From the IMG/VR virus record IMGVR_UViG_3300046832_003565: DNA of 64,000 nucleotides; one strand, given 5' to 3'. Made by a program: the position numbers and the translations under genes. Source of the DNA: an uncultured virus (IMG/VR IMGVR_UViG_3300046832_003565) (lineage: Duplodnaviria; Heunggongvirae; Uroviricota; Caudoviricetes). Of the stretch, positions 19,281-27,970 are shown one piece after another (the stretch's first letter is position 1; each line of letters starts with the position of its first letter). Under the pieces are notes generated by a model that ran no database searches, was not told where the DNA came from, and saw only the letters and a program-made list of their open reading frames with translations.

Positions 19281-20156
19281 TTATTTCAATATTTCAAATC
19301 TAGTAGCGTGAATTACAGGTCTTACTAAAACCAATCCAAGCGTTGTATCAACTAAAACTTGAGCTGTCAAGTCAGTTTCAGGTTCAACAGAATCAGTATG
19401 AACAATTAATCCTAAATTATGCATTCCAACAACAATTTTTTGCGCAAAATAAAGCAATGATGCCTCTTTATTTTCAGCTATTTGAAATTGCTTCAGCCAT
19501 GCACTCACCCAATCTTGTTCAACTATACTGTTATTTTTTTTGACAACCCAGTTTTCAGGATGCAATAAAGCTAAATCATATCGAGTGGAAAGTGATTTTA
19601 CATCTTCCATGTCATCACTGTTTGTAGCTTTAATACAAAGTTCACCATCAAATGAATCAATCAAAGTTTTGATTATTTTTAATGGTTCTTCAATTCTAAC
19701 ATGATAATCATGAAGCATTTCATTAAGTAATGTTTCAGCTTTGCCATAATTTTCATTCTCTAAAGCATCATTAAGTTCATAATGAATATCTAGTGAAGAT
19801 GATAAGTTTTTAAGATAATCTATCACTTCTTGTTCAGAAAGCAATAAAATATCTGAATCTTGAGTTCTGGCTAATTTAGGTTCAATCACTTTGAATTTAT
19901 ATAAATCTTCAATGATGATTTTATAATAGCCCCAAGCTTGATGGTTTATATTCAAAAAACATTCATGAATTAAGTTGCCATCACTTCCAAACACTTCTGT
20001 TGGAACAATTTGCATGAATGAATTGATTTCCGTATCACATAAACCTAGTGATGTAGTTTCAGCACCAAGCCTAATTGCACATTTTACAATTTCTTGATTG
20101 TCTTTTGTCCAAATAGCAATACCAGCTTCTAAAGCATATTCAGGTGTTTTTTCCAT
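19281..20156 (-). CDS. Hypothetical protein
   Basis: 291-aa ORF; TACAAT 6 nt upstream of ATG. Confidence 0.7.
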   Translation of the reverse strand: MEKTPEYALEAGIAIWTKDNQEIVKCAIRLGAETTSLGLCDTEINSFMQIVPTEVFGSDGNLIHECFLNINHQAWGYYKIIIEDLYKFKVIEPKLARTQDSDILLLSEQEVIDYLKNLSSSLDIHYELNDALENENYGKAETLLNEMLHDYHVRIEEPLKIIKTLIDSFDGELCIKATNSDDMEDVKSLSTRYDLALLHPENWVVKKNNSIVEQDWVSAWLKQFQIAENKEASLLYFAQKIVVGMHNLGLIVHTDSVEPETDLTAQVLVDTTLGLVLVRPVIHATRFEILK

Positions 20157-20173
20157 AAATATATTGTACCAGA

Positions 20174-20635
20174 TTAAAATTTAGCTTTAAAATCTAATTG
20201 GTAAATTTGTGTTGCAACGCCTTTGAATTGTGTTTGCAAAGTATCGGATGATTTGAATGAAAAATTCAAGGAACTATTAGGTCTTTGCAATGAATATGAC
20301 AATCCATAAAATTCATTATCTTTTTGGTTGGTAGCAGTTTTACTATTGTAAAAATTAGTGGATATTGTTCCACCAAACAATGATTTTATTCCATACTTGA
20401 CATTAAGATCATGTTCTTCAGCATTTTTTAAATCATTGCCTGCTAATAAACTTTTGAAATCTATTACAAAATTCTTATTTCTTTTAGATTCCAGAGAAGT
20501 ATTGATACTTGTAAGTTGACTGACACCATACTGGTTGAATTTGGGTTGGAAAGAAGGAATTGCAACACCTGGAATTTGTTGAGCATAAGATAATGTTGCC
20601 AAGGATAGTAAACCCAGTGATAATAAAAGTTTCAT
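20174..20635 (-). CDS. Secreted protein, possible outer-membrane beta-strand protein
   Basis: Signal peptide ending SYA; alternating beta pattern; C-terminal YQLDFKAKF; AGGAG SD. Confidence 0.6.
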   Translation of the reverse strand: MKLLLSLGLLSLATLSYAQQIPGVAIPSFQPKFNQYGVSQLTSINTSLESKRNKNFVIDFKSLLAGNDLKNAEEHDLNVKYGIKSLFGGTISTNFYNSKTATNQKDNEFYGLSYSLQRPNSSLNFSFKSSDTLQTQFKGVATQIYQLDFKAKF

Positions 20636-20689
20636 TTTATAGCTCTCCTATTGTATATATTCTGTATGAACAAATAGTTTACTTAAATT

Positions 20690-21446
20690 AAAAAAAGGAA
20701 GGTGAGACTATCCTTCCTTTTGCAATTTCGTTTACAGGATTACATCACTCGCAACATATGATTTGCCTGTTTGTCCACTATTTCTAGTCAAATTGCGCAA
20801 CCGCTTTTGTCTGGTAGCATTTCCAGTCTTATGTTAGTCTTGTTAAACATATGTGAAAGATTAGGTTCTTTTGAACCTGCACAATGTTCAAAGTGGTCGT
20901 TGCATTTACACTTTTTTCTTTTTTGGTTGCTTACAACTAACACGAGATACGTCTGTTTCATGAGTTAGTTATTGCTATCATATCAACGGAGTGCGATCTC
21001 TTTAATAACTATGAACCCGCTCTCTACAAAAGTGTGCGTATCTTGTTGCTCCTGAGTAAGGAATACAACTCACTTTAGTGCCTATTGCTCCACGGAAGCA
21101 GATAGACCTGATTTCAAGATTATAACGGAATAAAATAATTAATAACATCCGCAAAACCTCTCATCATGCTACAAAGCCCTTAATCGTGACTTCTCGGACC
21201 TTGTAACTACCTTTACATCTTAGGCTTCGGTAATGCTGTGCTTTACATATATTCAGCGTATATATGTCTGCTTTCACCTTATACCATAGTTCCAGACTTC
21301 GTTTCTGAAACTCACAGATGCTAGGCTTGCTTAATTGACCCCTGTTGGGCGGGAGCAGTAGAGACTTGCTTTATCCCTTTTTAATTACAGATATCTAACG
21401 ATGTTAAGCCACCGTATTTCTTATTTAGTTTTAAAAGTGCTTGTTA
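20690..21446 (-). ncRNA. Putative large structured non-coding RNA (~750 nt; GOLLD/ROOL size class)
   Basis: No credible ORF, higher GC than flanks, bounded by a sigma70 promoter and terminator, many short and nested stems. Confidence 0.7.
20693..20721 (-). terminator. Intrinsic terminator closing the putative ncRNA
   Basis: AAAAGGAAGG-N9-CCTTCCTTTT hairpin with a T-run on the minus strand. Confidence 0.8.
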
Positions 21447-21452
21447 CTTATT

Positions 21453-21481
21453 ATTATAAAACAAATTTACAATAATATCAA
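21453..21481 (-). promoter_or_regulatory. sigma70-type promoter for the putative ncRNA
   Basis: TTGATA (21481-21476)-N17-TATAAT (21458-21453). Confidence 0.75.
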
Positions 21482-21885
21482 TTAATCTTCCATTTTTTAG
21501 GAAGATAAATTTTTATGATGTCAGAAGCCCACCTTCTGCCTTCTTCACCACCATGCAATTTGTATTCCCAGTGGGTTGGATTCGTTCCTTTTTTGGAATA
21601 ACTGTATCTTTTATCAACTGTATATTCATGAATTTCTAAAATAGAAGATATTTCAAGATAGTTTCTAGTGTGTAATAATCTAGCAATTTCATATTGATTA
21701 TTATTGCCAAATTTTAACTTATCAAATCTTTTATCGTATGCTTCTTTTGCAACATCTTTTACTTCTTGTGGAATGTAAATTCTTTTTTTCAAGATGTCAT
21801 TTTTGTTTGCAATTTTGAATATAGCATCTGATAAATGATAAAGACCCAATCTATCAAGTTTGCAGCAAATCTTTACAAGGCTCAT
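21478..21885 (-). CDS. Hypothetical basic protein with N-terminal shared helical tag
   Basis: 'VKICCKLDRLGLYHLSDAIFKIA'; C-terminal 'YKLHGGEEGRRWA' motif. Confidence 0.7.
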   Translation of the reverse strand: MSLVKICCKLDRLGLYHLSDAIFKIANKNDILKKRIYIPQEVKDVAKEAYDKRFDKLKFGNNNQYEIARLLHTRNYLEISSILEIHEYTVDKRYSYSKKGTNPTHWEYKLHGGEEGRRWASDIIKIYLPKKWKIN

Positions 21886-21946
21886 ATAGTATATTTCTTT
21901 AATTTTCTAGTATATAACCTATATAAAGTGAAGGAGATAAAATAAA

Positions 21947-22585
21947 ATGCCAATTACTTTGAGCGAAGCTCTACAGTTTACGTTGAAATGGGAGGGTGGA
22001 TACACTAACCATCCTAAAGATCCTGGTGGAGCTACTAATTACGGAATTATCCAAGTTAGATATGATGAATATCGTAAATTTAAAGGTTTGCGATTAAATC
22101 CTGTAAAGAATATAACTGTTGCAGAATACATTGAGATATATGATAAATTTTATTGGGATCCTGTAAGAGCACAATATTTAGATGGAACTTTAGGTTTAGC
22201 ACTTTTTGATACAGCTGTAAATATGGGCACAGGTGGTGCTATATCCAGATTGCAAAAAGCATTGAATGTACCCATTACAGGCAAGTGGACTCAGGCTATT
22301 AGTGATGTAATTCATCAATCTGATCAGACGGCAGTTGCTTTAACAATTTGTAAACTTAGAATTGCGAAAAGATATGCAAGAGTTAAACAAAGAGCTGACC
22401 AAGTCGTATTTTTACGTGGTTGGTTAAATCGTGACAATGCATTGATTGCTAAAGTCAAGTCTATGGCTGGAATTCAATCTATGTCGGTTGATGATTTTTC
22501 ATATGATTTTGATGAAGAAGATGTTGTCACATCATATACAGATGAAGAATTAAATGAAGTTGACAAATATGACGAGGACAGATAA
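21947..22585 (+). CDS. Glycoside hydrolase family 108 lysozyme (endolysin) with acidic tail
   Basis: 'WEGGYTNHPKDPGGATNYGI', 'FDTAVNMG', 'FLRGWLNR'. Confidence 0.9.
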   Translation: MPITLSEALQFTLKWEGGYTNHPKDPGGATNYGIIQVRYDEYRKFKGLRLNPVKNITVAEYIEIYDKFYWDPVRAQYLDGTLGLALFDTAVNMGTGGAISRLQKALNVPITGKWTQAISDVIHQSDQTAVALTICKLRIAKRYARVKQRADQVVFLRGWLNRDNALIAKVKSMAGIQSMSVDDFSYDFDEEDVVTSYTDEELNEVDKYDEDR

Positions 22586-23224
22586 ATGAGATTAGAAGAT
22601 ATTCAAGATTTAGCTAATAAACTAGACATAGCTAGTGCTCATAGACATGCTGATGTTATTACAGATATTATGATCAAAGTTGCTGAAGAAAAAGATCATG
22701 AACATGGCATGGTAAGAAGGCAAATTGATAAAGTTGAAGAAGCTCTTGAAAAAATTAAAAAACAAGTTGGAGATGATGAGGGCAACATCAAGGCTTGGGT
22801 TCAATCTTTGATGACTTTAGGAGCTGACTATATTGATACAGTTGCTCATTATCTTTCCAGCGAAAACAAAGATGGCGATGTAAATATTGACATTGATATG
22901 CCTTCTCATCATTCTGATGAAGAAGAAAAGGCTTCAACTGGAGAAAGAACTTCTTTTGCTGCTAAATATCAAGGCAAAACTGTTACACTTAACAAACCTT
23001 TCCGTACTCCTAGTGGACCTAAGAAATTTTCTGTTTATGTCAAAAATGACAAGGGTAATGTTGTTAAAGTTAACTTTGGCGATCCAAATATGAGAATTAA
23101 AGATAACATCCCTGGAAGAAGAAAGAATTTCAGAGCTAGACACAATTGTGAAACTCCAGGTCCAAAAACTAAAGCTCGTTATTGGTCATGCAGACAATGG
23201 AGCAATAGCAAATCTGACATCTAA
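22586..23224 (+). CDS. Putative virion-internal protein with helical tag and C-terminal basic domain (DUF6321-like)
   Basis: 'LANKLDIASAHRHADVIT'; 'KVNFGDPNM.IK...RRKNFRARHNC....KARYWSC'. Confidence 0.65.
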   Translation: MRLEDIQDLANKLDIASAHRHADVITDIMIKVAEEKDHEHGMVRRQIDKVEEALEKIKKQVGDDEGNIKAWVQSLMTLGADYIDTVAHYLSSENKDGDVNIDIDMPSHHSDEEEKASTGERTSFAAKYQGKTVTLNKPFRTPSGPKKFSVYVKNDKGNVVKVNFGDPNMRIKDNIPGRRKNFRARHNCETPGPKTKARYWSCRQWSNSKSDI

Positions 23225-23231
23225 GAGGTAT

Positions 23232-23465
23232 ATGATGGATATTGTTAAATTTTGCGAACATCTTGACAGTATTGGCGATTACATTACAGCTGATTTGATA
23301 ATTGAGAAATATGCTAAAAAATATAATGCACCAAGAACTGGAAATAAGAAAAAAAGATGGTCAACAAAATATAAAAAATCAATAGATTGCAATAACCCAA
23401 AAGGTTTTAGCCAAAAACAATATTGCAAAAGAAAAAGTCGGGGCGGAGATTACAAAACAAAATAG
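23232..23465 (+). CDS. Small basic protein with helical tag
   Basis: Start moved to ATG 23232 after GAGG; 'FCEHLDSIGDYITADLI'; 'WSTKYKKSIDCNNPKGFSQKQYC'. Confidence 0.7.
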   Translation: MMDIVKFCEHLDSIGDYITADLIIEKYAKKYNAPRTGNKKKRWSTKYKKSIDCNNPKGFSQKQYCKRKSRGGDYKTK

Positions 23466-23486
23466 ACCAGAGAAATCTGGTCTATT
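23461..23486. terminator. Terminator hairpin between convergent genes
   Basis: AATAGACCAGA-GAAA-TCTGGTCTATT followed by a T-run. Confidence 0.8.
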
Positions 23487-23491
23487 TTTTA

Positions 23492-23995
23492 TCACACGAT
23501 GTAATATCCCCAATCTTCATTTTCTTCAATAAAGCTTTTAGGAACCATAGCACGAAATGTATGTCTTGGTGATTTGGGTTTACTTGATAATTTTAAACCA
23601 CATTGATCAAGAGTTTTACCAGCTTTAAAATAGTTACATTTTTTGCAAGATGCGACGAGATTGTCCCATGAATGTGTTCCGCCTTTACATCTTGGTAAAA
23701 CATGGTCTAAGGTCAGTTCTGTGTTAGTTTTTCCACAATATTGGCAAGTGAAGTTATCACGAGTATAAATGCCCATTCTACTGACACGATATTCTCGATT
23801 TGATTTTTTTTTGATATTGTAATGCATCTTAATTACTGAAGGAACAATAATTTTTTCACCACTTCCAGTATATACAACAGTGTTGTAATAATGTAATGCT
23901 GATGCTTTCCCTATCAATAAGAGCTTCATTGCTCTTGGCAGCTCACATACATTTAATGGTTCATAATCTATGTTCAATAATAGCACTTTGGACAT
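23492..23995 (-). CDS. HNH endonuclease (McrA-like)
   Basis: 'VLLLN.DYEPL', 'RDNFTCQYCG...LTLDHVLP..KGG..SWDNLV.SC..CN..K'. Confidence 0.92.
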   Translation of the reverse strand: MSKVLLLNIDYEPLNVCELPRAMKLLLIGKASALHYYNTVVYTGSGEKIIVPSVIKMHYNIKKKSNREYRVSRMGIYTRDNFTCQYCGKTNTELTLDHVLPRCKGGTHSWDNLVASCKKCNYFKAGKTLDQCGLKLSSKPKSPRHTFRAMVPKSFIEENEDWGYYIV

Positions 23996-24048
23996 ACAAT
24001 GATTATACCAAACAACAATAATAAATCAAGTTAAATAAAAAACACCCT

Positions 24049-24660
24049 TTAAGGTAGGTGTTTTACAATGTTCATGTCAAGATCCCAGACGCTTTTTAAT
24101 ATCTGTTCATTTTTTGAAAATACACCTAATCCATGACTTTGAGGTCTGACATATTTATGACCATCAATTTCTGAGAAAAATTGCCCCACTGTATTCCAAT
24201 AAGAATATATATCATGAAATAAAATTACTGAATTTTCTTTACAAAGTGGTTGCCAAGTTTCAAAATCATTCTTGACAGCTTCATAAGTGTGTAAACCATC
24301 AATATGTAAAATATCAATAGGTTTATCCCATTTTTTAGCAAGAGTGTTGAAATCTGACATTATGAATTCAACATTATTTACACCAAAATTTTCTTTGACA
24401 TATTGATTTCTATCTTTAACATCTTGATAAGTATCATAGTATCCAGTTTGTTCATCACCCATAAAATGATCAATACCGTATACAGTTCCGGAATTGTAAA
24501 AACCAAATGCAAATGTTGAATAGCCTTTGTGTACTCCTAAATCTACAATTGTTTCAGGCTTCATTACTTTGGCTAATACAGCTGCAAATTTAGCATGATC
24601 AGTCCAAGTGGTACCAACATTTGCTTTTAGATAATCAATATATTTTTTAAGTGTAGACAT
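24049..24660 (-). CDS. Class I SAM-dependent methyltransferase (Methyltransf_24-like)
   Basis: 'VDLGVHKGYS', 'IDILHIDGLHTYEAVKNDF', 'ILFHD'. Confidence 0.85.
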   Translation of the reverse strand: MSTLKKYIDYLKANVGTTWTDHAKFAAVLAKVMKPETIVDLGVHKGYSTFAFGFYNSGTVYGIDHFMGDEQTGYYDTYQDVKDRNQYVKENFGVNNVEFIMSDFNTLAKKWDKPIDILHIDGLHTYEAVKNDFETWQPLCKENSVILFHDIYSYWNTVGQFFSEIDGHKYVRPQSHGLGVFSKNEQILKSVWDLDMNIVKHLP

Positions 24661-24738
24661 TTATTTTTTATACAATAAGGGCATTTGTGTTAGAAATTAG
24701 AACAAATATAATGAAGTCATCATATAAAGGAAAAATCT

Positions 24739-25017
24739 ATGATTAGATCAAGTGTGTTGAGTGTTATAAATCAAATTATTAATGATTTTGAAGATGCAGG
24801 GATGCAAAAAGAAGCATCATTGGTTCACGATATTTATTTGAAGTGTGCTAAAGCAAAATCAAAAACTAAGAAAAATGTTCCCAATAATCCATCTTTATGG
24901 AGTGAATGTAAATCATGGGCAAAAAGAACATTTGACGTATACCCAAGTGCATATGCAAATGGCGCAGCAGCAAAAAGATACAAATCAAAAGGTGGCACTT
25001 GGAGAAAAGAAAAGTAA
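24739..25017 (+). CDS. Small basic protein with helical tag
   Basis: 'INDFEDAGMQKEASLVHDIYLKCA'; 'NPSLW...AK..FDVYPSAYANG.A...YK.KGG.W'. Confidence 0.7.
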   Translation: MIRSSVLSVINQIINDFEDAGMQKEASLVHDIYLKCAKAKSKTKKNVPNNPSLWSECKSWAKRTFDVYPSAYANGAAAKRYKSKGGTWRKEK

Positions 25018-25052
25018 TATAAAATTACTTTTTTGAATGACAGGAGAATAAA

Positions 25053-26168
25053 GTGGCATTTGAATTAATTAGAGAGCTTACTTCAGGCGTTGTAGGAAAT
25101 TATTGGAAAATAAGTTCAGCGTTGGTAGCTTGTACCGATAATCCAATTGTGGGTATCAATTTAGAATTATATCTCACAAGAGATGCTAGACTTGAGGGAA
25201 AGTCTTCAATTCTAAATGAAAATATCACTTTGTCTATCTATGACATTGATATGAGCTATTCCTTTGATTTCAGAGCATGTTTATATGCTGCATTGAGAAA
25301 TATATCACCATGGTCATCTGCAGTTGATGTATTTGATGATCCAAATAAATTGCCTGTTATTGCAGATGCAAGTATATTAACATCATTCAATACAGCTAAA
25401 ACAATTTCTCTTAATTCATGGGATCCTTTTAACTTGCCCTTGACATACAGTGTTGTAGAACAACCAACCAATGGTTTAATTTTTCTAAATGACAAAGAAT
25501 GCACATATACACCAAATGTTGGTTTTTATGGAATAGATTCTGCTAAATTTAAAACAAATAATGGAGAATTTGATTCTTCTATTGCAAATATAAATATCCA
25601 AGTTGAAGATACAAACGAAAGACCCATGTCATTTGATTCTTCTATATCAACATCATTCAATACAGCTAAAACAATTTCTCTTAATTCATGGGATCCTTTC
25701 AACTTGCCTTTAGTATATAGTATTGTAGAACAGCCTACTAATGGTTCAATTGTACTAAATGACAAACAATGTACATATACTCCTAATAATGGTTTTTATG
25801 GCATAGATTCTGCTAAATTTAAAACAAATAATGGAGAATTTGATTCTTCTATTGCAAATATAAATATCCAAGTTGAAGATACAAACGAAAGACCTATTTC
25901 ATTTGATTCTTCTTTATCGTTAGATATGGACAATGATTGTTTGATTAATTTCAATGCTAATGACCCTAATAACTTGCCCTTATCCTATATAATTACAGAA
26001 GGACCATTTAATGGATCAATTCTTGTAAACAATGATATCTACACTTACCGTCCAAATCTAAGTTTTAGTGGTTCTGATTATATAATTTATAAATCTTCAA
26101 ATGGAAATTTTGAAAGCATGTCTGCTAGAATTGATTTTAACATAGCTCCTGGAGAAATAATTGAATAA
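25053..26168 (+). CDS. Ig-like (Big_9/tandem-95-type) repeat protein
   Basis: Three 'LxY.IV..P.NG......YTP..GF.G.D...F..NNG...S..A.I.I.V' units. Confidence 0.8.
   Translation: MAFELIRELTSGVVGNYWKISSALVACTDNPIVGINLELYLTRDARLEGKSSILNENITLSIYDIDMSYSFDFRACLYAALRNISPWSSAVDVFDDPNKLPVIADASILTSFNTAKTISLNSWDPFNLPLTYSVVEQPTNGLIFLNDKECTYTPNVGFYGIDSAKFKTNNGEFDSSIANINIQVEDTNERPMSFDSSISTSFNTAKTISLNSWDPFNLPLVYSIVEQPTNGSIVLNDKQCTYTPNNGFYGIDSAKFKTNNGEFDSSIANINIQVEDTNERPISFDSSLSLDMDNDCLINFNANDPNNLPLSYIITEGPFNGSILVNNDIYTYRPNLSFSGSDYIIYKSSNGNFESMSARIDFNIAPGEIIE
25379..25918 (+). repeat. Recent 270-bp tandem duplication inside the Ig-like gene
   Basis: CATCATTCAATACAGCTAAAACAATTTCTC at 25381 and 25651; long identical stretches. 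Confidence 0.9.
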
Positions 26169-26577
26169 CTTAAATTTTTTATCAGATCTTGCTAATGATT
26201 TAGAATTAAAAGGCTTTTATAAAGAAGCTGAAGTAATACATAATCTTTTTATCAAACAATCAGATGTGTTTAATAAAAATCATTTGGTCGAGTTTCCTTA
26301 TGATTTAGATAAAGCTATTAATAAATTTGATAGAAAAACTTATCAAGTTGATACAGAAGGCGAATGGGAAAATGCTCAACCTATTGGTGATTTCATTGAA
26401 GAATCATCAGACGAATTAATGCATGCTCCTGCTGCAGTGGACAAGAATCATATAGTTTTTGAAAATCCCGAAAACAATAAGATTGAAGTAATGAATGTTA
26501 TAAATGAAAAACATTTACCAACATTACACAATAAAAAAGATCCATCAACAAAATGGATCAAAAGAGCAGAAGATTAA
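26161..26577 (+). CDS. Hypothetical protein with helical tag
   Basis: 'LANDLELKGFYKEAEVIHNLFIKQS'; TTG start with GGAG SD. Confidence 0.65.
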   Translation: MNNLNFLSDLANDLELKGFYKEAEVIHNLFIKQSDVFNKNHLVEFPYDLDKAINKFDRKTYQVDTEGEWENAQPIGDFIEESSDELMHAPAAVDKNHIVFENPENNKIEVMNVINEKHLPTLHNKKDPSTKWIKRAED

Positions 26578-26597
26578 AGGGAGCATATGCTCCCTTT
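26576..26597. terminator. Bidirectional terminator
   Basis: AAAGGGAGCA-TA-TGCTCCCTTT between convergent genes. Confidence 0.8.
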
Positions 26598-26598
26598 T

Positions 26599-27447
26599 TT
26601 ATTTATTCCTAATTAATACTTCTGTTGCTGGCTTTGCTTCAAAACCATCATCAGTTTTCTTTCTTCTTCCAGCAGTATAAGTCACTGGGAATTTATCCAT
26701 GATCAAATTTCTGTTATCATAGAAACCATCTTGGATATCCCTATTACATAAGAATACTGTTGATTCTTTTTGAGAAGTGACAAAATCAACAAGCTTATTT
26801 TGATCCGAGTCTGAAAAATCTTGTCCATAAGAAGTGAATGAACCTCTATACGGTGGATCTAAAAATATGAAATCATCAGGTTGGTCTTTCATATAACTTA
26901 AACCATCAGACCAATCACCAGATAAAATAGATGCAGTTTGCAAATGTTTATTCCACCATTCAACTACCTCTTTGTCGTAAACTTTATCTTTTTGATTTAA
27001 CAAACCTGAGGGAGTGCCATATCTGTTGTTTGTATTTATATTAACTTGATATATACCATTGAAGCCTGTTTTCATCAAGAAATATAAAACTGCAGATTCT
27101 TTTACTTTGTCCCATGATGCATAATCATATGCATGTTTATGTCTCAATGAATAATAATAAACTTTTCTTTCTTCTTTACTTAATGGTAGATATTCCTTAG
27201 ACATTTCATCCATCAAAGATGTGAATTCAGCACAATTGTCTTTGATGGATCTGTAAATTCTTACAATGTCACTATTGATATCATTGATGATTAAGTATTT
27301 TGGGTTATAGTTTTGAACTACATGAATAAACATAGCTCCACCACCAAAAAACGGCTCACAATATGTATTGATTTTTTTTGGCATAAATGGCTTGTAGTGT
27401 TTAAGCATTTTATTTTTACCACCAGCCCATATAAACAACGGTTTCAT
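26599..27447 (-). CDS. dam: DNA adenine methyltransferase (Dam/D12 class)
   Basis: 'WAGGK', 'EPFFGGG', 'NDIN', 'DPPY'; start at MKPLF behind GAGG. Confidence 0.9.
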   Translation of the reverse strand: MKPLFIWAGGKNKMLKHYKPFMPKKINTYCEPFFGGGAMFIHVVQNYNPKYLIINDINSDIVRIYRSIKDNCAEFTSLMDEMSKEYLPLSKEERKVYYYSLRHKHAYDYASWDKVKESAVLYFLMKTGFNGIYQVNINTNNRYGTPSGLLNQKDKVYDKEVVEWWNKHLQTASILSGDWSDGLSYMKDQPDDFIFLDPPYRGSFTSYGQDFSDSDQNKLVDFVTSQKESTVFLCNRDIQDGFYDNRNLIMDKFPVTYTAGRRKKTDDGFEAKPATEVLIRNK

Positions 27448-27547
27448 TAGAAATCCTCTTCTAAACATTATATCGCAAAATTTACATTTTGTAGGTTTAA
27501 TATTTAGTGGTATAGTAATTCTATATTATTACAGATTGTAGGGTAAA

Positions 27548-27970
27548 ATGGGAAAATTTATAAAACTGTCAGCTAAGAAGTATAAAACTATCAAAGAATT
27601 AGCTGAATATCTTGTAGCTAAGAAAAGAACTATCAGTATTGATGAAATTTTTGATGCTATTGACAGTTTTAAAATGCAATATCCTAATTTACTGGATGGA
27701 ATAGAATATGGTTCCAGGCATAAAACTCATACAAATTATATCTTTATGGACAAAAAACATCCAGAAAATTCATTTACAGGCATTAATGCACACAATGCAG
27801 GTAACAAGGGTGGCGTATTTCCTGCATCAGTGAGTCAACTAGCAAGATTCCTTATCAAAGCAGTGGAACTTAGAACATTAAATGGATTATCTGTTGATTC
27901 AGGTCAGCAAGTAAGAAAATCTAATTCTAGATTTAATAAAGTAGTGAATAATAGGTGGATTGTAAAATAA
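27548..27970 (+). CDS. Hypothetical protein, possible HicA-like fold
   Basis: 'GSRH...KHP...INAH...V.PASV.QL'; N-terminal 'KFIKLSA'. Confidence 0.55.
   Translation: MGKFIKLSAKKYKTIKELAEYLVAKKRTISIDEIFDAIDSFKMQYPNLLDGIEYGSRHKTHTNYIFMDKKHPENSFTGINAHNAGNKGGVFPASVSQLARFLIKAVELRTLNGLSVDSGQQVRKSNSRFNKVVNNRWIVK

Noticed and set aside
20771..20968. 65-aa plus-strand ORF in the non-coding unit
   Set aside because: TTG start, no SD, atypical composition, antisense to the promoter-terminator unit
20690..21446. tmRNA, RNase P, tRNA or self-splicing intron identity
   Set aside because: No tRNA-like ends or T-loop, no RNase P P4 consensus seen, not inside a gene; cannot be fully excluded without a covariance search
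23492..27447. HNH plus Dam-like MTase as a restriction-modification pair
   Set aside because: Separated by several genes with independent promoters/terminators; both are common solitary phage genes
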